Part shown: positions 52,978-61,898 of the stretch, piece after piece
Position numbering within the stretch: the stretch's first letter is position 1
Layout: each line of letters starts with the position of its first letter
Virus record (IMG/VR): IMGVR_UViG_3300015615_000629
Span: 432,711-496,710 of that record
Direction: 5' to 3' (one strand)
Source of the DNA: a virus
Lineage: Duplodnaviria > Heunggongvirae > Uroviricota > Caudoviricetes
Length of the DNA: 64,000 nt
The notes under the pieces: generated by a model
What the model was told of the DNA's origin: nothing
The model's input: only the letters and a program-made list of their open reading frames with translations
The model's database searches: none
Program-made: the position numbers and the translations under genes

Positions 52978-54033
52978 ATGTTCTTTCAAAATCCATTCAA
53001 AGAAGACTTCAAAGGTAATTGGGTACTAGGAGATCGCCAGCAAAGTATTACTTTCACATGTCCAGCCAATAAGGGGCGTGGCGACGAGCATATGTGTACC
53101 TGGGCGGTTGGTCCGTATGATCTTAGCGGAAACGATGACGATGGCGTCTCTGAAGCTAATCTAACTCTTTATTACGCCTATGACCCAAACTATAAGTTCT
53201 TTACACCTATTACAATTGACGTAAGTGCCGGTGCCGCTTCAACTTCAGCCGTTACCGTTAGGGAAATTATTGCGGCATTAAATGCCAATACAACATTTTT
53301 CTCTTTATTTGAAGCATCGTTAATGAACGATGTAAAAGTGCTTATTAGGCATAAACGTGCGAGTATGAAGTCCTATGTTTCTAATAACGGTGCGGAAACT
53401 AAATTAAAGTTTAATGGTCGTGCTGGTGTTGCCGAATTGCCTATATATTTCTTGAGACACACCATCGGCAATAGATTTACCTATACGGATTGCACCGCCT
53501 CTTTAGTCCCATTAAACCATTTGATTACAGCGATTTCACAGGCTAGTCCTGCTGCTGTTACATCGGCTGGTCATGGTTTGACAACTGGACAGCAAATAAT
53601 TATCACTGGCACGAATTCAGATGCTGTCATTGATGGCACTAGAACGATTACGTCCACAGGCACGGACACGTTCACAGCGGCAGCAAATGCGGCTACGGCT
53701 GCGGGTAACCGAGGTCGTTATTCTACCTTGGTAGAGGCTGCAATTATTAACAATGCCGTTGATAAGGATGGTAATACTTTAGGCTATAGTGCTTCTAGCG
53801 TCAAAGACGACTGGACACTGCTTGATGGTCGTTCTGGATTGTTTCTTTTCAAGAAAAATACCATAGATGGCAGTAGTCGAGTTACTGTTTCTATTCAATA
53901 TCCGGCAGGTGCTGGGGTTGGAGATTTGGCTAAAATGATTAAGAATACCTACACTGGTGCCGCAACTGAACCGACAAACAGCACCGAATTTCCCTATGTT
54001 TTGACAAGCGGAGATTTGATAACTCCATTTTAA
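52978..54033 (+). CDS. Putative virion structural protein (Thr/Ala/Gly-rich beta protein)
   Basis: GC-richer codon usage like the capsid genes. No motif recognised. Confidence 0.4.
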   Translation: MFFQNPFKEDFKGNWVLGDRQQSITFTCPANKGRGDEHMCTWAVGPYDLSGNDDDGVSEANLTLYYAYDPNYKFFTPITIDVSAGAASTSAVTVREIIAALNANTTFFSLFEASLMNDVKVLIRHKRASMKSYVSNNGAETKLKFNGRAGVAELPIYFLRHTIGNRFTYTDCTASLVPLNHLITAISQASPAAVTSAGHGLTTGQQIIITGTNSDAVIDGTRTITSTGTDTFTAAANAATAAGNRGRYSTLVEAAIINNAVDKDGNTLGYSASSVKDDWTLLDGRSGLFLFKKNTIDGSSRVTVSIQYPAGAGVGDLAKMIKNTYTGAATEPTNSTEFPYVLTSGDLITPF

Positions 54034-54056
54034 TGAATTAATCACTATATAATGAT

Positions 54057-54563
54057 ATGGAAGACTTCAAAGTAGAATCTATTATTCTTGATGATGGTCG
54101 TCGCGGCGAGAAACGTGTCAAAGACAGCGAAAACGAACACGTTGTTGAAATTCACATCGAGCCGGAACGCCCGAAATATCTTGGCAAACGTATTGTGGAA
54201 ACAAAGCGTCCTTGTGTTGTTCGCCGTCAAGTTGAAACTTTCAACGAAAAAGGTGAAGTTGTTGACACCAAGGTCGAAGCCTTAAACTCAGAAGAAAAGT
54301 TTTACAATGTAACTCCACAACCTTCTCCAGAATATGTAACAAAAGCAGATCTGAATGAATTTGCTGAAAAAGTACGTGCTGGGATTGTGGCTGCTGTAAC
54401 CACTTCCCAAGAACCAGTTAAATCTATGTCACCGAAGAAATCGCCTTATAATTTGGCGGCTCCGGTAGATGTTCCTGCTGATAAACCAAAAAGCAATAAA
54501 ATGTTCTGGATACTGCTTATTGTTGGACAGTTGGCCGCCTTATGGTATCTGTGGCAGATGTAA
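54057..54563 (+). CDS. C-terminally TM-anchored protein
   Basis: C-terminal MFWILLIVGQLAALWYLW helix. Confidence 0.4.
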   Translation: MEDFKVESIILDDGRRGEKRVKDSENEHVVEIHIEPERPKYLGKRIVETKRPCVVRRQVETFNEKGEVVDTKVEALNSEEKFYNVTPQPSPEYVTKADLNEFAEKVRAGIVAAVTTSQEPVKSMSPKKSPYNLAAPVDVPADKPKSNKMFWILLIVGQLAALWYLWQM

Positions 54564-54698
54564 ATTGGAATTTTGTTTTACATAATTCAATCGGTTGTGA
54601 AATTCTGGTTAAAGTTCCTATAAAGGAAACAATTATAAAACCAGATTTTAGAAGATTACAGGAACCGATTGAGAAGTATGCTGAGTTTTACGAGTTGT

Positions 54699-55295
54699 TT
54701 AAATTCCCCAAAGGCGTTTAAAGTCGGCTAACCATCCCTTACGTTCTTTTTCTTGAATGGTTCTGTTTTCATCGGTTCTGGCTTTGCTTTTTATCTTTGT
54801 TTTTTCAAGGGCGGTTGGATATAAGCGTTCTATCCATAATTCCCATTCATTATTTGGAACATAAGATTCTAGTTCAGTTCTCAGTTCTCTATAGACTTGA
54901 TATCCTTTTGCTAAAACTTTAATTTCTAGAGGGTCTGGATAGAGATAAATTTCTAGATGCATGCCGCGATTTAATCCATCAAAATGGTAGCAATGTAAGG
55001 TTTTAGATACCTCTTGTATATTTGGTCTCTCATCGCCCCATTCTGGGTATCCTGCTAAATCTGGATATGCTTCTTCGTCTATGTTTTTGGTAGGAATTAG
55101 TTCTTCTTCGGCGAAATAATCATCTAGAAACCTTTGGTCTACAAAAGAGCCGCCATCATACTGTTCATAAACAGGCTGTCCCATACCTCGAACGATGATG
55201 GCAATCTTGCCATTTAGCCCCATAAAGTTCTTTTTAGTTGCTTCTATTGTTCTTTGATCTCGGATTCTTTTTTGGAAGTCGTCTAGGTTTGCCAT
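54699..55295 (-). CDS. Hypothetical protein
   Basis: ATG at 55295 overlaps the MscL gene's end by 62 nt. An alternative ATG lies at 55223. Confidence 0.4.
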   Translation of the reverse strand: MANLDDFQKRIRDQRTIEATKKNFMGLNGKIAIIVRGMGQPVYEQYDGGSFVDQRFLDDYFAEEELIPTKNIDEEAYPDLAGYPEWGDERPNIQEVSKTLHCYHFDGLNRGMHLEIYLYPDPLEIKVLAKGYQVYRELRTELESYVPNNEWELWIERLYPTALEKTKIKSKARTDENRTIQEKERKGWLADFKRLWGI

Positions 55296-55725
55296 TTATC
55301 ACTCTTTCACCACAGTAGCAACATTTTTTACTTAACCAATAGATATCTTTATAACAAGATTCACAAATTCTCGTATCGAGACATTCAATTTTCGGTTTTT
55401 GAAAAGTTCCGAATATCTTTTTGTATATTATGTACAAGACTAGAGAGATTATTATAAAATCTATAAAAGAGCCAACCAGATAGCCAACTTCTAGATTTAA
55501 GCCTTGAATTGGCGAGTAATTGATATTACGCCAGTTATTTCCAGTTGTGCCAATAATATAATTAAGAATTGGCATAAAGAGATTGCTTGTCAAAGCGGTT
55601 ACTACTTTTTGAAAAGCAGAGCCGATAATAAAGGCTATGGCCACATCGACCATTCTATTTTTGAAAGCAAACTCTTTATATTGATGAAATTCTCGTTCTA
55701 GAGCATATTTTCCGTGGAGGTGCAT
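55234..55725 (-). CDS. MscL-family large-conductance mechanosensitive channel with a C-terminal Cys-rich zinc-ribbon extension
   Basis: FHQYKEFAFKNRMVDVAIAFIIGSAFQKVVTALTSNLFMPIL matches the MscL N-terminal amphipathic helix and TM1 (KEFxxRGNVVDLAVGVIIGAAF...IMP). A second TM follows. The tail is CESCYKD...CCYCG. The track start is TTG 55782; ATG 55725 was chosen. Confidence 0.6.
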   Translation of the reverse strand: MHLHGKYALEREFHQYKEFAFKNRMVDVAIAFIIGSAFQKVVTALTSNLFMPILNYIIGTTGNNWRNINYSPIQGLNLEVGYLVGSFIDFIIISLVLYIIYKKIFGTFQKPKIECLDTRICESCYKDIYWLSKKCCYCGERVINGKPRRLPKKNPRSKNNRSN

Positions 55726-55846
55726 TAAATAGTATAGTAACAGAAAGGCTTTAATGTTTTTATTGGTTAAAAGTTTATTCAACAGGTTGATAGGTTATGC
55801 CGGAGCCGAAAAACAAGATTTTTTGCATCTTACCGGCAACATTAGC

Positions 55847-57256
55847 ATGCAGCTAAATGACCCGACCACGCCGGATTTAAGGGTTCAGGTTTCATTGCCT
55901 TCTATGAGCAAATATCTGGGCTTTGCTGTAGCAGGATTTACTGGAGATTTAACCCCAGGAACCGCCTCTGCACAGGCTGCTAATTGCTATTACACTTTGG
56001 CCAAATCTATTGAATTTACCCAAAGCTCCATTGGAAAATTTAAAGAACCTTTGAAAAAATGGTCAGCAGTTGACAAATTGGCTATTTTCCCCCGTGCTGG
56101 TAAAGATTTTAATGCCTATTACGACAGGCAAGCCTTAAGGTTCTTCTATGAGAAAGACCCTTCTACCAGTAGAACCATCTATACTGCGGACAGCATGGAC
56201 ATTGTTGCTCATGAATTGGGACACGGCTTACTTGATACCATGCGTCCTGATTTCTGGAATGTCCAGGCTTTAGAAATTTGGGCGTTTCATGAATCTTTTG
56301 GTGATATCAATGCCATGATTACGCTTATGCACTTCGATAAGGTAATTGAAAAAGCCCTTGCTGAAACTAATGGCGATTTAAGAAAATCCAATACAATTTC
56401 CAGATTAGCTGAAGAATTGGGTTCTGCTATTTACCATTTAACCGGTGGTCGAGATGGCAGCAAGCCAGATGCGTTACGAAATGCGGTAAACGACTTCACT
56501 TATGTAAAACCTGAAACATTGCCTGAAATTGCTCCTAACGATCAATTGGCTGGGGAACCACATAGTTTTAGTAGGGTGTTTACGGGTACGTGGTATGACA
56601 TGTTCGTTAGGATTTACGAGAAAAATGTCAGTAGCGGGATTAATCCTGTAGATTCTGTTAAGAATGCCAGGGATGTATCTGGTTTGTATATTTTACAGGC
56701 TATCTCTCAATGTCCGAGAACGGCACGTTTAATGGACGCTTTGGCCAGAAACATGCTTTTAATTGACAAAAATTCTGGTGGTGTGCATCAAGAAATTTTA
56801 CACGATGTTTTCAAGGCCAGAAAAATCCTTTCTCCATCTAACAAATTAATGGGTAACGAATTAACCCTAGAACAAATGAAAAGCACAATGGGGGGAACCG
56901 ACGAAATCGTTCATAGCAGGGGCTTAACAGCAGTCATTAAGAGGGACGCTCAAACAATTAAGTTATCAGAAGGGATGCGTTCATTAAATGCAATTTCTGC
57001 CAACGGTTTTGACTTAAACACCTTAGAATTAGAAATCCCAACAGACTCATATTACGAGTTCAACGATGCTGGAAAAATGGTTTATTCTCTTGTGGCTCAA
57101 GAAGATGAAGCGATTGAAGCCGCCAAGGCATGTGCTAATGTCATTTATATTACCGAGGATATCGGTGCAGACAATAAAACCAGTTGGGATGCCATTGATG
57201 GCAAACTAATTAGGAGCAGTATCGGGGGCTGCTTTGGCTTTCACTCTGCCGGTTGA
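55847..57256 (+). CDS. Gluzincin metalloprotease, thermolysin (M4)-like HEXXH+ExxxD
   Basis: VAHELGHGLLD, then 22 residues, then HESFGD (E-x-x-x-D). An alternative upstream ATG lies at 55754. Confidence 0.6.
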   Translation: MQLNDPTTPDLRVQVSLPSMSKYLGFAVAGFTGDLTPGTASAQAANCYYTLAKSIEFTQSSIGKFKEPLKKWSAVDKLAIFPRAGKDFNAYYDRQALRFFYEKDPSTSRTIYTADSMDIVAHELGHGLLDTMRPDFWNVQALEIWAFHESFGDINAMITLMHFDKVIEKALAETNGDLRKSNTISRLAEELGSAIYHLTGGRDGSKPDALRNAVNDFTYVKPETLPEIAPNDQLAGEPHSFSRVFTGTWYDMFVRIYEKNVSSGINPVDSVKNARDVSGLYILQAISQCPRTARLMDALARNMLLIDKNSGGVHQEILHDVFKARKILSPSNKLMGNELTLEQMKSTMGGTDEIVHSRGLTAVIKRDAQTIKLSEGMRSLNAISANGFDLNTLELEIPTDSYYEFNDAGKMVYSLVAQEDEAIEAAKACANVIYITEDIGADNKTSWDAIDGKLIRSSIGGCFGFHSAG

Positions 57257-57646
57257 GTCGAATTCAATCGTATTGACATTGATATCGATTTGTTTGTAGA
57301 CTAGCTCCGCATAAGGCTTATCTCCCATTATGTCCACTCGAATGTCAACTCGGGATATGTTTTCTTCTATTTGTTTTATTTCAATAGCTAGCTTTTTATT
57401 CGACTTCACGGTGGTGATTTTGTAGGTATTGTTTTTTTCGTGTTTTTCTTGTAAAATCTTTAAATCTAGCTCTTTTAGGGCGTGTTTGGTGGACAAATAA
57501 ACATGTTTGGCTTGAAATGGGTAATATTTTTGTGCTTCCCCGTCTTTCCACATAATAATTCCATTAACTAGTGGAGTAACTAAGACATCGGCTGTGGAAC
57601 AGCCGATAAATGCTAAAGACATGAGCAAAAGTATAAATTTACGCAT
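57206..57646 (-). CDS. Lipoprotein (lipobox LAFIGCS)
   Basis: Signal peptide plus Cys. Convergent 51-nt overlap with the metalloprotease gene. Confidence 0.45.
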   Translation of the reverse strand: MRKFILLLMSLAFIGCSTADVLVTPLVNGIIMWKDGEAQKYYPFQAKHVYLSTKHALKELDLKILQEKHEKNNTYKITTVKSNKKLAIEIKQIEENISRVDIRVDIMGDKPYAELVYKQIDINVNTIEFDSTGRVKAKAAPDTAPN

Positions 57647-57655
57647 AATTTATTT

Positions 57656-57910
57656 ATGAGGTTAAAAATGTTAATTAGTGATTTTCCCAATGAATTTATG
57701 GTTGCTATTTCTGACTTCCTTGCCAGAAATCAACTCATTATGTCCGATGATGAAGATTTAGATGACTTGGAAGAAGACGACGATGATGATACTGACGAAG
57801 ATTGGGAAGATGAAGATTTAGACGATGACGATTACGACGATTTTGATGAAGACGAAGACGACGAAGATGATGATTGGGATATAGATATCGACGAAGAGGA
57901 CGATGAATAA
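57656..57910 (+). CDS. Hyper-acidic small protein (D/E-rich C-terminal two-thirds)
   Basis: DDEDLDDLEEDDDDDTDEDWEDEDLDDDDYDDFDEDEDDEDDDWDIDIDEEDDE. Its stop is TAATG-coupled to the next gene. The antisense ORF is R/H/L-rich junk. Confidence 0.5.
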   Translation: MRLKMLISDFPNEFMVAISDFLARNQLIMSDDEDLDDLEEDDDDDTDEDWEDEDLDDDDYDDFDEDEDDEDDDWDIDIDEEDDE

Positions 57911-58287
57911 TGGGAGTTGGCATTTGTTTTGGTGAAACTTTTTCTGGAATGTCGAATGCATGGGGACATACCTATGGCTCACGGCAAGTTGTTCAAAAGG
58001 AGAATAAAAAAGAACCGCCTCCTCCTAATCCAAACCCTTCAAAATATAAGATTTTAAAAAAGAAAATAGTAGGAAAATTCCTAGTAGTTGAGATTGCTTA
58101 TGACGGTTGCACGAACTACGAGGGCAAGAAGATATTAGTATTTAAAGACGTTTCGTATCAAAAGTTAATGGAACAACAATCAATAGACCCGCATTTTTCT
58201 GAAAATAAAGATTTAATTTCTCCAATTGCTCGCTTTGAGCCCACCAAACGTGGTTGGAAATTGGCTATTAGTTTTGCATCTATTTAA
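57910..58287 (+). CDS. Hypothetical protein
   Basis: TAATG coupling. Confidence 0.4.
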   Translation: MGVGICFGETFSGMSNAWGHTYGSRQVVQKENKKEPPPPNPNPSKYKILKKKIVGKFLVVEIAYDGCTNYEGKKILVFKDVSYQKLMEQQSIDPHFSENKDLISPIARFEPTKRGWKLAISFASI

Positions 58288-59053
58288 ACAACAATCTTCT
58301 ATGTATTGGTAATTTCTTGATGCTTGTCTTAACCTTAAAAGGTGAAGGCATAGGAATTTTAGGATCACGCCTTAAGTTGTGATCGATAATCGGCAATTTG
58401 TACGGAGCCTTGCTGGTCTTTGCCGGAATAATGTCGTTGTCGGCGTAAATAACACAGGCCCAGGAATCCCATCGCTTTTTGAATCTTTCCACGTTCATGG
58501 TCTGAACTTTAAGGCTGTAGTCGCTATTATCCACCCATTTAACAACATCCTTTTCTTCATCAAAGTGGACAAGTACCATAGCATGCCCTGGCACGCCGAA
58601 TAAGCAACCTCTGCCTTCTTCCATTGCCCTACGGATTAATTCTAATCCTTGCTCTCTGTCTTGATAGCTTTGTTCAAACTTGACTTCTAATTTAGTTAAA
58701 ACACTTTTTACCAACGACGGAGAAGAATATGTAGAACATTCTTTTCGGCTGGTAAGTGGTGGCTCAGTTAATTTTGGTTCTTCAGCCCAACGACCGAGCA
58801 TTTCAATAGAAGACCAAACACATTGGGTTCCTGTGTGATTTTTTACTCTATCTTTCTCAGGAATAGGGCATTGAATATCGCTGGGCGCGGTTTCGCCGCC
58901 CATTGAAATGTACGGAGCAGTATAGTCTGTCGTATAATTTGATGGATCGCGTTCAAGAGGCGACAGTTGTTCTTCTGGGGATTTGAAGTGCTTGTAAAGA
59001 AAAACAAATCCGGCGAACAACAAGAAACTTAGTAGGAATCCTTTCCAGTGCAT
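58280..59053 (-). CDS. Membrane-anchored papain-fold cysteine peptidase (C39/transglutaminase-like)
   Basis: N-terminal TM helix. HTGTQCVWSSIEMLG places a Cys at a helix N-terminus, and GHAMVLVHFDEE supplies the His. Confidence 0.45.
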   Translation of the reverse strand: MHWKGFLLSFLLFAGFVFLYKHFKSPEEQLSPLERDPSNYTTDYTAPYISMGGETAPSDIQCPIPEKDRVKNHTGTQCVWSSIEMLGRWAEEPKLTEPPLTSRKECSTYSSPSLVKSVLTKLEVKFEQSYQDREQGLELIRRAMEEGRGCLFGVPGHAMVLVHFDEEKDVVKWVDNSDYSLKVQTMNVERFKKRWDSWACVIYADNDIIPAKTSKAPYKLPIIDHNLRRDPKIPMPSPFKVKTSIKKLPIHRRLLFK

Positions 59054-60423
59054 CTTTATCTGCTTTCTAAAACATTTTTAGTTCTTGCTTCGACCAATCG
59101 ACTTAATTAATCAAAAATATTAACCAGAGGCCAACTGTCCACAAGCGTAATTTCCCGAATAGCCTTCGGTAAGTATATTTTTTGCTGCGTTTATATCTCT
59201 ATCAATGCTAACGCTACACTGATCACAAACATAAACTCTTTCACTCAATGGCATTTTCTGTTTGTTTCCGCAATTACTACATAATTGACTACTTGGAAAA
59301 AAACGTCCTACTTTGTAGACTTCATTATTCCAAATGTCTTTTTTATAGTCTAATTGACGATAAAACTCTCCTAAACCTACATCTGCCAATGTGAAACTTA
59401 GCGAACGATTCTTAAGCATGCCTTTGACGTTTAAATCTTCAATACACATAATTTGGTTTTCATTACATAATTTTGAAGTAATTTTATGCCAAAAATCTTG
59501 TCTAATATTACTTAGTTTTAAGTGTGCTCTTTGCAATTTAATAATTTGCTTTTTGCTATTATTGCTTCCTTTTTGTTTTCTTGATAAACGTCTATAAAGT
59601 TTGGCAATTTTTTTCTTTTGTTGTTTGAAGGGCCGTGGCGGCTTTATTTGCAAACCATCACTAGTGGTAATTGCCTCGTTAATCCCTAAATCTACACCGA
59701 TAACACTCTCGCCAGATCGTTCTTTTGAATAATTATCAACGTCAACACGAACAGAAACGAACCATTGGCTAGCGCGGCAGCAGATAGTACCTGATATTAT
59801 TTTACCTTTTAATCTCAAATTTTCAGAAACTTTAATTCGCCCTATTTTTTGAATTTTTATTTGTTTATTTCCAAATACAAATCTATCATTAGAAACATAA
59901 AATGAGTCTTTTTTGCCTTTCTTTTTGAAAGTTGGATATTTGGATAATTTCTTGAAAAATCTTTGAAAAGCATTGTTTAGATTAACGAATGGTTGTTGGT
60001 TGGCATCTTTTGGGCTTTCGTAGACCCATTTAGGCTTTTCTTTATTCCATAATTTTTTCAACTCGTTTGCTGTAGGTTTTTGTCCTTGTTTATACAAGTC
60101 AGTCCATTTTGCCAATGCCCAGTTGTACGTAAATCTAGCCGTTCCACAAGCTTTTTTAAGCATAGTGGTTTGTTCTTTGTTTGGATAGATTTGTATTTTG
60201 TGGGTCAATATCAAAATTTATCTCCGTATTATTTTTTTCTTCCTTTTAACAGGCGGCAACTGATCAGATCCAGGTGTGTGAACATCATTCCAGGCACCTA
60301 TCGATTGCCCCTTGCCTGGATCGGGATCAACAGGATTTTGTTTTGGAGGTTCCAAACCTCCACCCAAAACCTGTGATTCCAACCAATTCTTAAAACCAAT
60401 ACCGTTCACAGAGTTATATATCG
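59054..60423 (-). mobile_element. IS200/IS605-family insertion (tnpB-only, IS1341-like), about 1.37 kb
   Basis: It contains tnpB. The upstream ~200 bp, 60215-60423, is GC-rich. It carries subterminal hairpins, CCAGGCA-16 nt-TGCCTGG and GGAGGTT-cca-AACCTCC, which are LE-like. The short 3' segment 59054-59119 would be the RE/omega-RNA region. Boundaries are approximate. Confidence 0.55.
59120..60214 (-). CDS. tnpB: TnpB (IS605 OrfB-family RuvC-like RNA-guided nuclease)
   Basis: N-terminal KIQIYPNKEQTTMLKKACGTARFTYNWAL. RuvC-I motif IGVDLGI. C-terminal zinc finger CSNCG...CDQC. RuvC-III DRDINAAKNI. TTG start. Confidence 0.8.
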   Translation of the reverse strand: MILTHKIQIYPNKEQTTMLKKACGTARFTYNWALAKWTDLYKQGQKPTANELKKLWNKEKPKWVYESPKDANQQPFVNLNNAFQRFFKKLSKYPTFKKKGKKDSFYVSNDRFVFGNKQIKIQKIGRIKVSENLRLKGKIISGTICCRASQWFVSVRVDVDNYSKERSGESVIGVDLGINEAITTSDGLQIKPPRPFKQQKKKIAKLYRRLSRKQKGSNNSKKQIIKLQRAHLKLSNIRQDFWHKITSKLCNENQIMCIEDLNVKGMLKNRSLSFTLADVGLGEFYRQLDYKKDIWNNEVYKVGRFFPSSQLCSNCGNKQKMPLSERVYVCDQCSVSIDRDINAAKNILTEGYSGNYACGQLASG

Positions 60424-60921
60424 TTAATTACAAAAGGAATCAGTCAGATCTTCCATTTTCTTAATTTCTAGATAATGTCTGATGGGATATGGATATTCAT
60501 CCCCTTCTTCGATGACATTCATTTTTAAGAATTCATTACCGCCATCTTTATAATCCAGAAGATTTGTGGCTGTAATGGGTCTTATGTTTGCCCGATACCA
60601 AATATCTTTTTGAAGTGGCGTCATTTTACGCCATGTATCATTAGAGAGATTATTTGGTTTATAACCATTTGGTTTTTGGGGCAGATTTATATGATATCCA
60701 TTTTCCAGACTGTGAATAAAACTATCAGAATTCCCGTTATTAACTAGGAAATATTTACAAAATACCTCTTCTCCTGGTTCAGAAGTTGTTCCTTTGAAAA
60801 ACCAGATTGGGATACTTACCCCGACAACTTCGATATCTTTACCTTCGTGTAAATCATATCTTTCTTGTTTGGTCAGGTAAACATTGTGACATACAGATAA
60901 TACTAAACTTTGAGGTGCCAT
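60424..60921 (-). CDS. Hypothetical protein
   Basis: The track start is TTG 60951. The first ATG is 60921. Confidence 0.4.
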   Translation of the reverse strand: MAPQSLVLSVCHNVYLTKQERYDLHEGKDIEVVGVSIPIWFFKGTTSEPGEEVFCKYFLVNNGNSDSFIHSLENGYHINLPQKPNGYKPNNLSNDTWRKMTPLQKDIWYRANIRPITATNLLDYKDGGNEFLKMNVIEEGDEYPYPIRHYLEIKKMEDLTDSFCN

Positions 60922-60953
60922 ACGGATATATAATATGAAGGGATTTGCCAATT

Positions 60954-61898
60954 ATGCACAAAACATGGAAGTCAATCAAGATCATAGCAGCAACAGTTGC
61001 AGTTCTTTTTTCTATATTTCTAGTATCTTACGAGCCTGTGCATGAGCCAATTATTCTTGTGCCTGCTCAGGGGCCTCTTCCAATGCCTTTGGTATTGGAT
61101 ACTAACCCCCTTACAGCAAACAAGTTATACGGCGACCCCAGACCACAAAGAGACGTAGAATACAGAGAATATTTGTGTGCTTCGTTGAAGATTTCTGTGA
61201 GTGGGGCAAGCGGCTCAGGAACTATTGTTTATTATGACCACGAAAAGAACGAAGCCTATGTGGCATCTTGTGGTCACTTGTGGAGCGGCAGCCGAGATGC
61301 CAAAGACATTAAATCTCCAGTAACTTGCAAAGTGATAACTTGGTATCATAATGACGAAAAGTTAAAAGAACCGAAATCATATCCGGCCGAAGTCCTTTTC
61401 TGGTCGAATAATAGCGGTTTCGATACCAGTTTACTTAAATTTAAGCCTGATTGGGTTCCTAATTACTTCCCAATTGCTCCGGAAGATTACAAGCTAGAAG
61501 AAGGAATGCATTTGCATTCTTGTGGCTGTGACCATGCCGAAGAGGTTGCTCATTATGACGTTGAGGTTGTTGGCTATGAAGGCAAAAACCTAGTTACTAA
61601 ACTCAACAGCCCTCGTCCTGGTCGTTCTGGTGGTGGTTTAATGAGCGATGATGGTTTTTATGTAGGAACTTGCTGGGGGACTAGCGATACTAGTGGTAAT
61701 GGCGTTGGTTATTTTACAACTTTGAAGGCAATTACTACTGTTTATACAAGAAATGACTATAAATGGCTTCTAGAAGTCGGCCCAAGTGGAGTTGCCAGAC
61801 AAATTCCTATGAGAAGATGGTCTAGAATTGAAGATTTTGATTCCAATAAAATTCCAATGCCTGGACGGGGGAGTTTGCCAGCACCGTTATCTCGCTAG
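60954..61898 (+). CDS. Membrane-anchored chymotrypsin-fold serine peptidase
   Basis: TM helix IIAATVAVLFSIFLV. GASGSGTIV and GRSGGGLM (a GDSGG-like catalytic Ser motif). The track start is TTG 60945; ATG 60954. Confidence 0.5.
   Translation: MHKTWKSIKIIAATVAVLFSIFLVSYEPVHEPIILVPAQGPLPMPLVLDTNPLTANKLYGDPRPQRDVEYREYLCASLKISVSGASGSGTIVYYDHEKNEAYVASCGHLWSGSRDAKDIKSPVTCKVITWYHNDEKLKEPKSYPAEVLFWSNNSGFDTSLLKFKPDWVPNYFPIAPEDYKLEEGMHLHSCGCDHAEEVAHYDVEVVGYEGKNLVTKLNSPRPGRSGGGLMSDDGFYVGTCWGTSDTSGNGVGYFTTLKAITTVYTRNDYKWLLEVGPSGVARQIPMRRWSRIEDFDSNKIPMPGRGSLPAPLSR

Noticed and set aside
57738-57923. 61-aa minus ORF, R/H/L-rich
   Set aside because: It is the antisense of the GA-rich acidic gene. The plus-strand version has proper start and stop coupling to its neighbours.
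60218-60409. 63-aa minus ORF upstream of tnpB
   Set aside because: It lies in the GC-rich, hairpin-rich left end of the IS element. Its translation is Gly/Pro-rich, and it is more likely structural DNA or RNA than coding.
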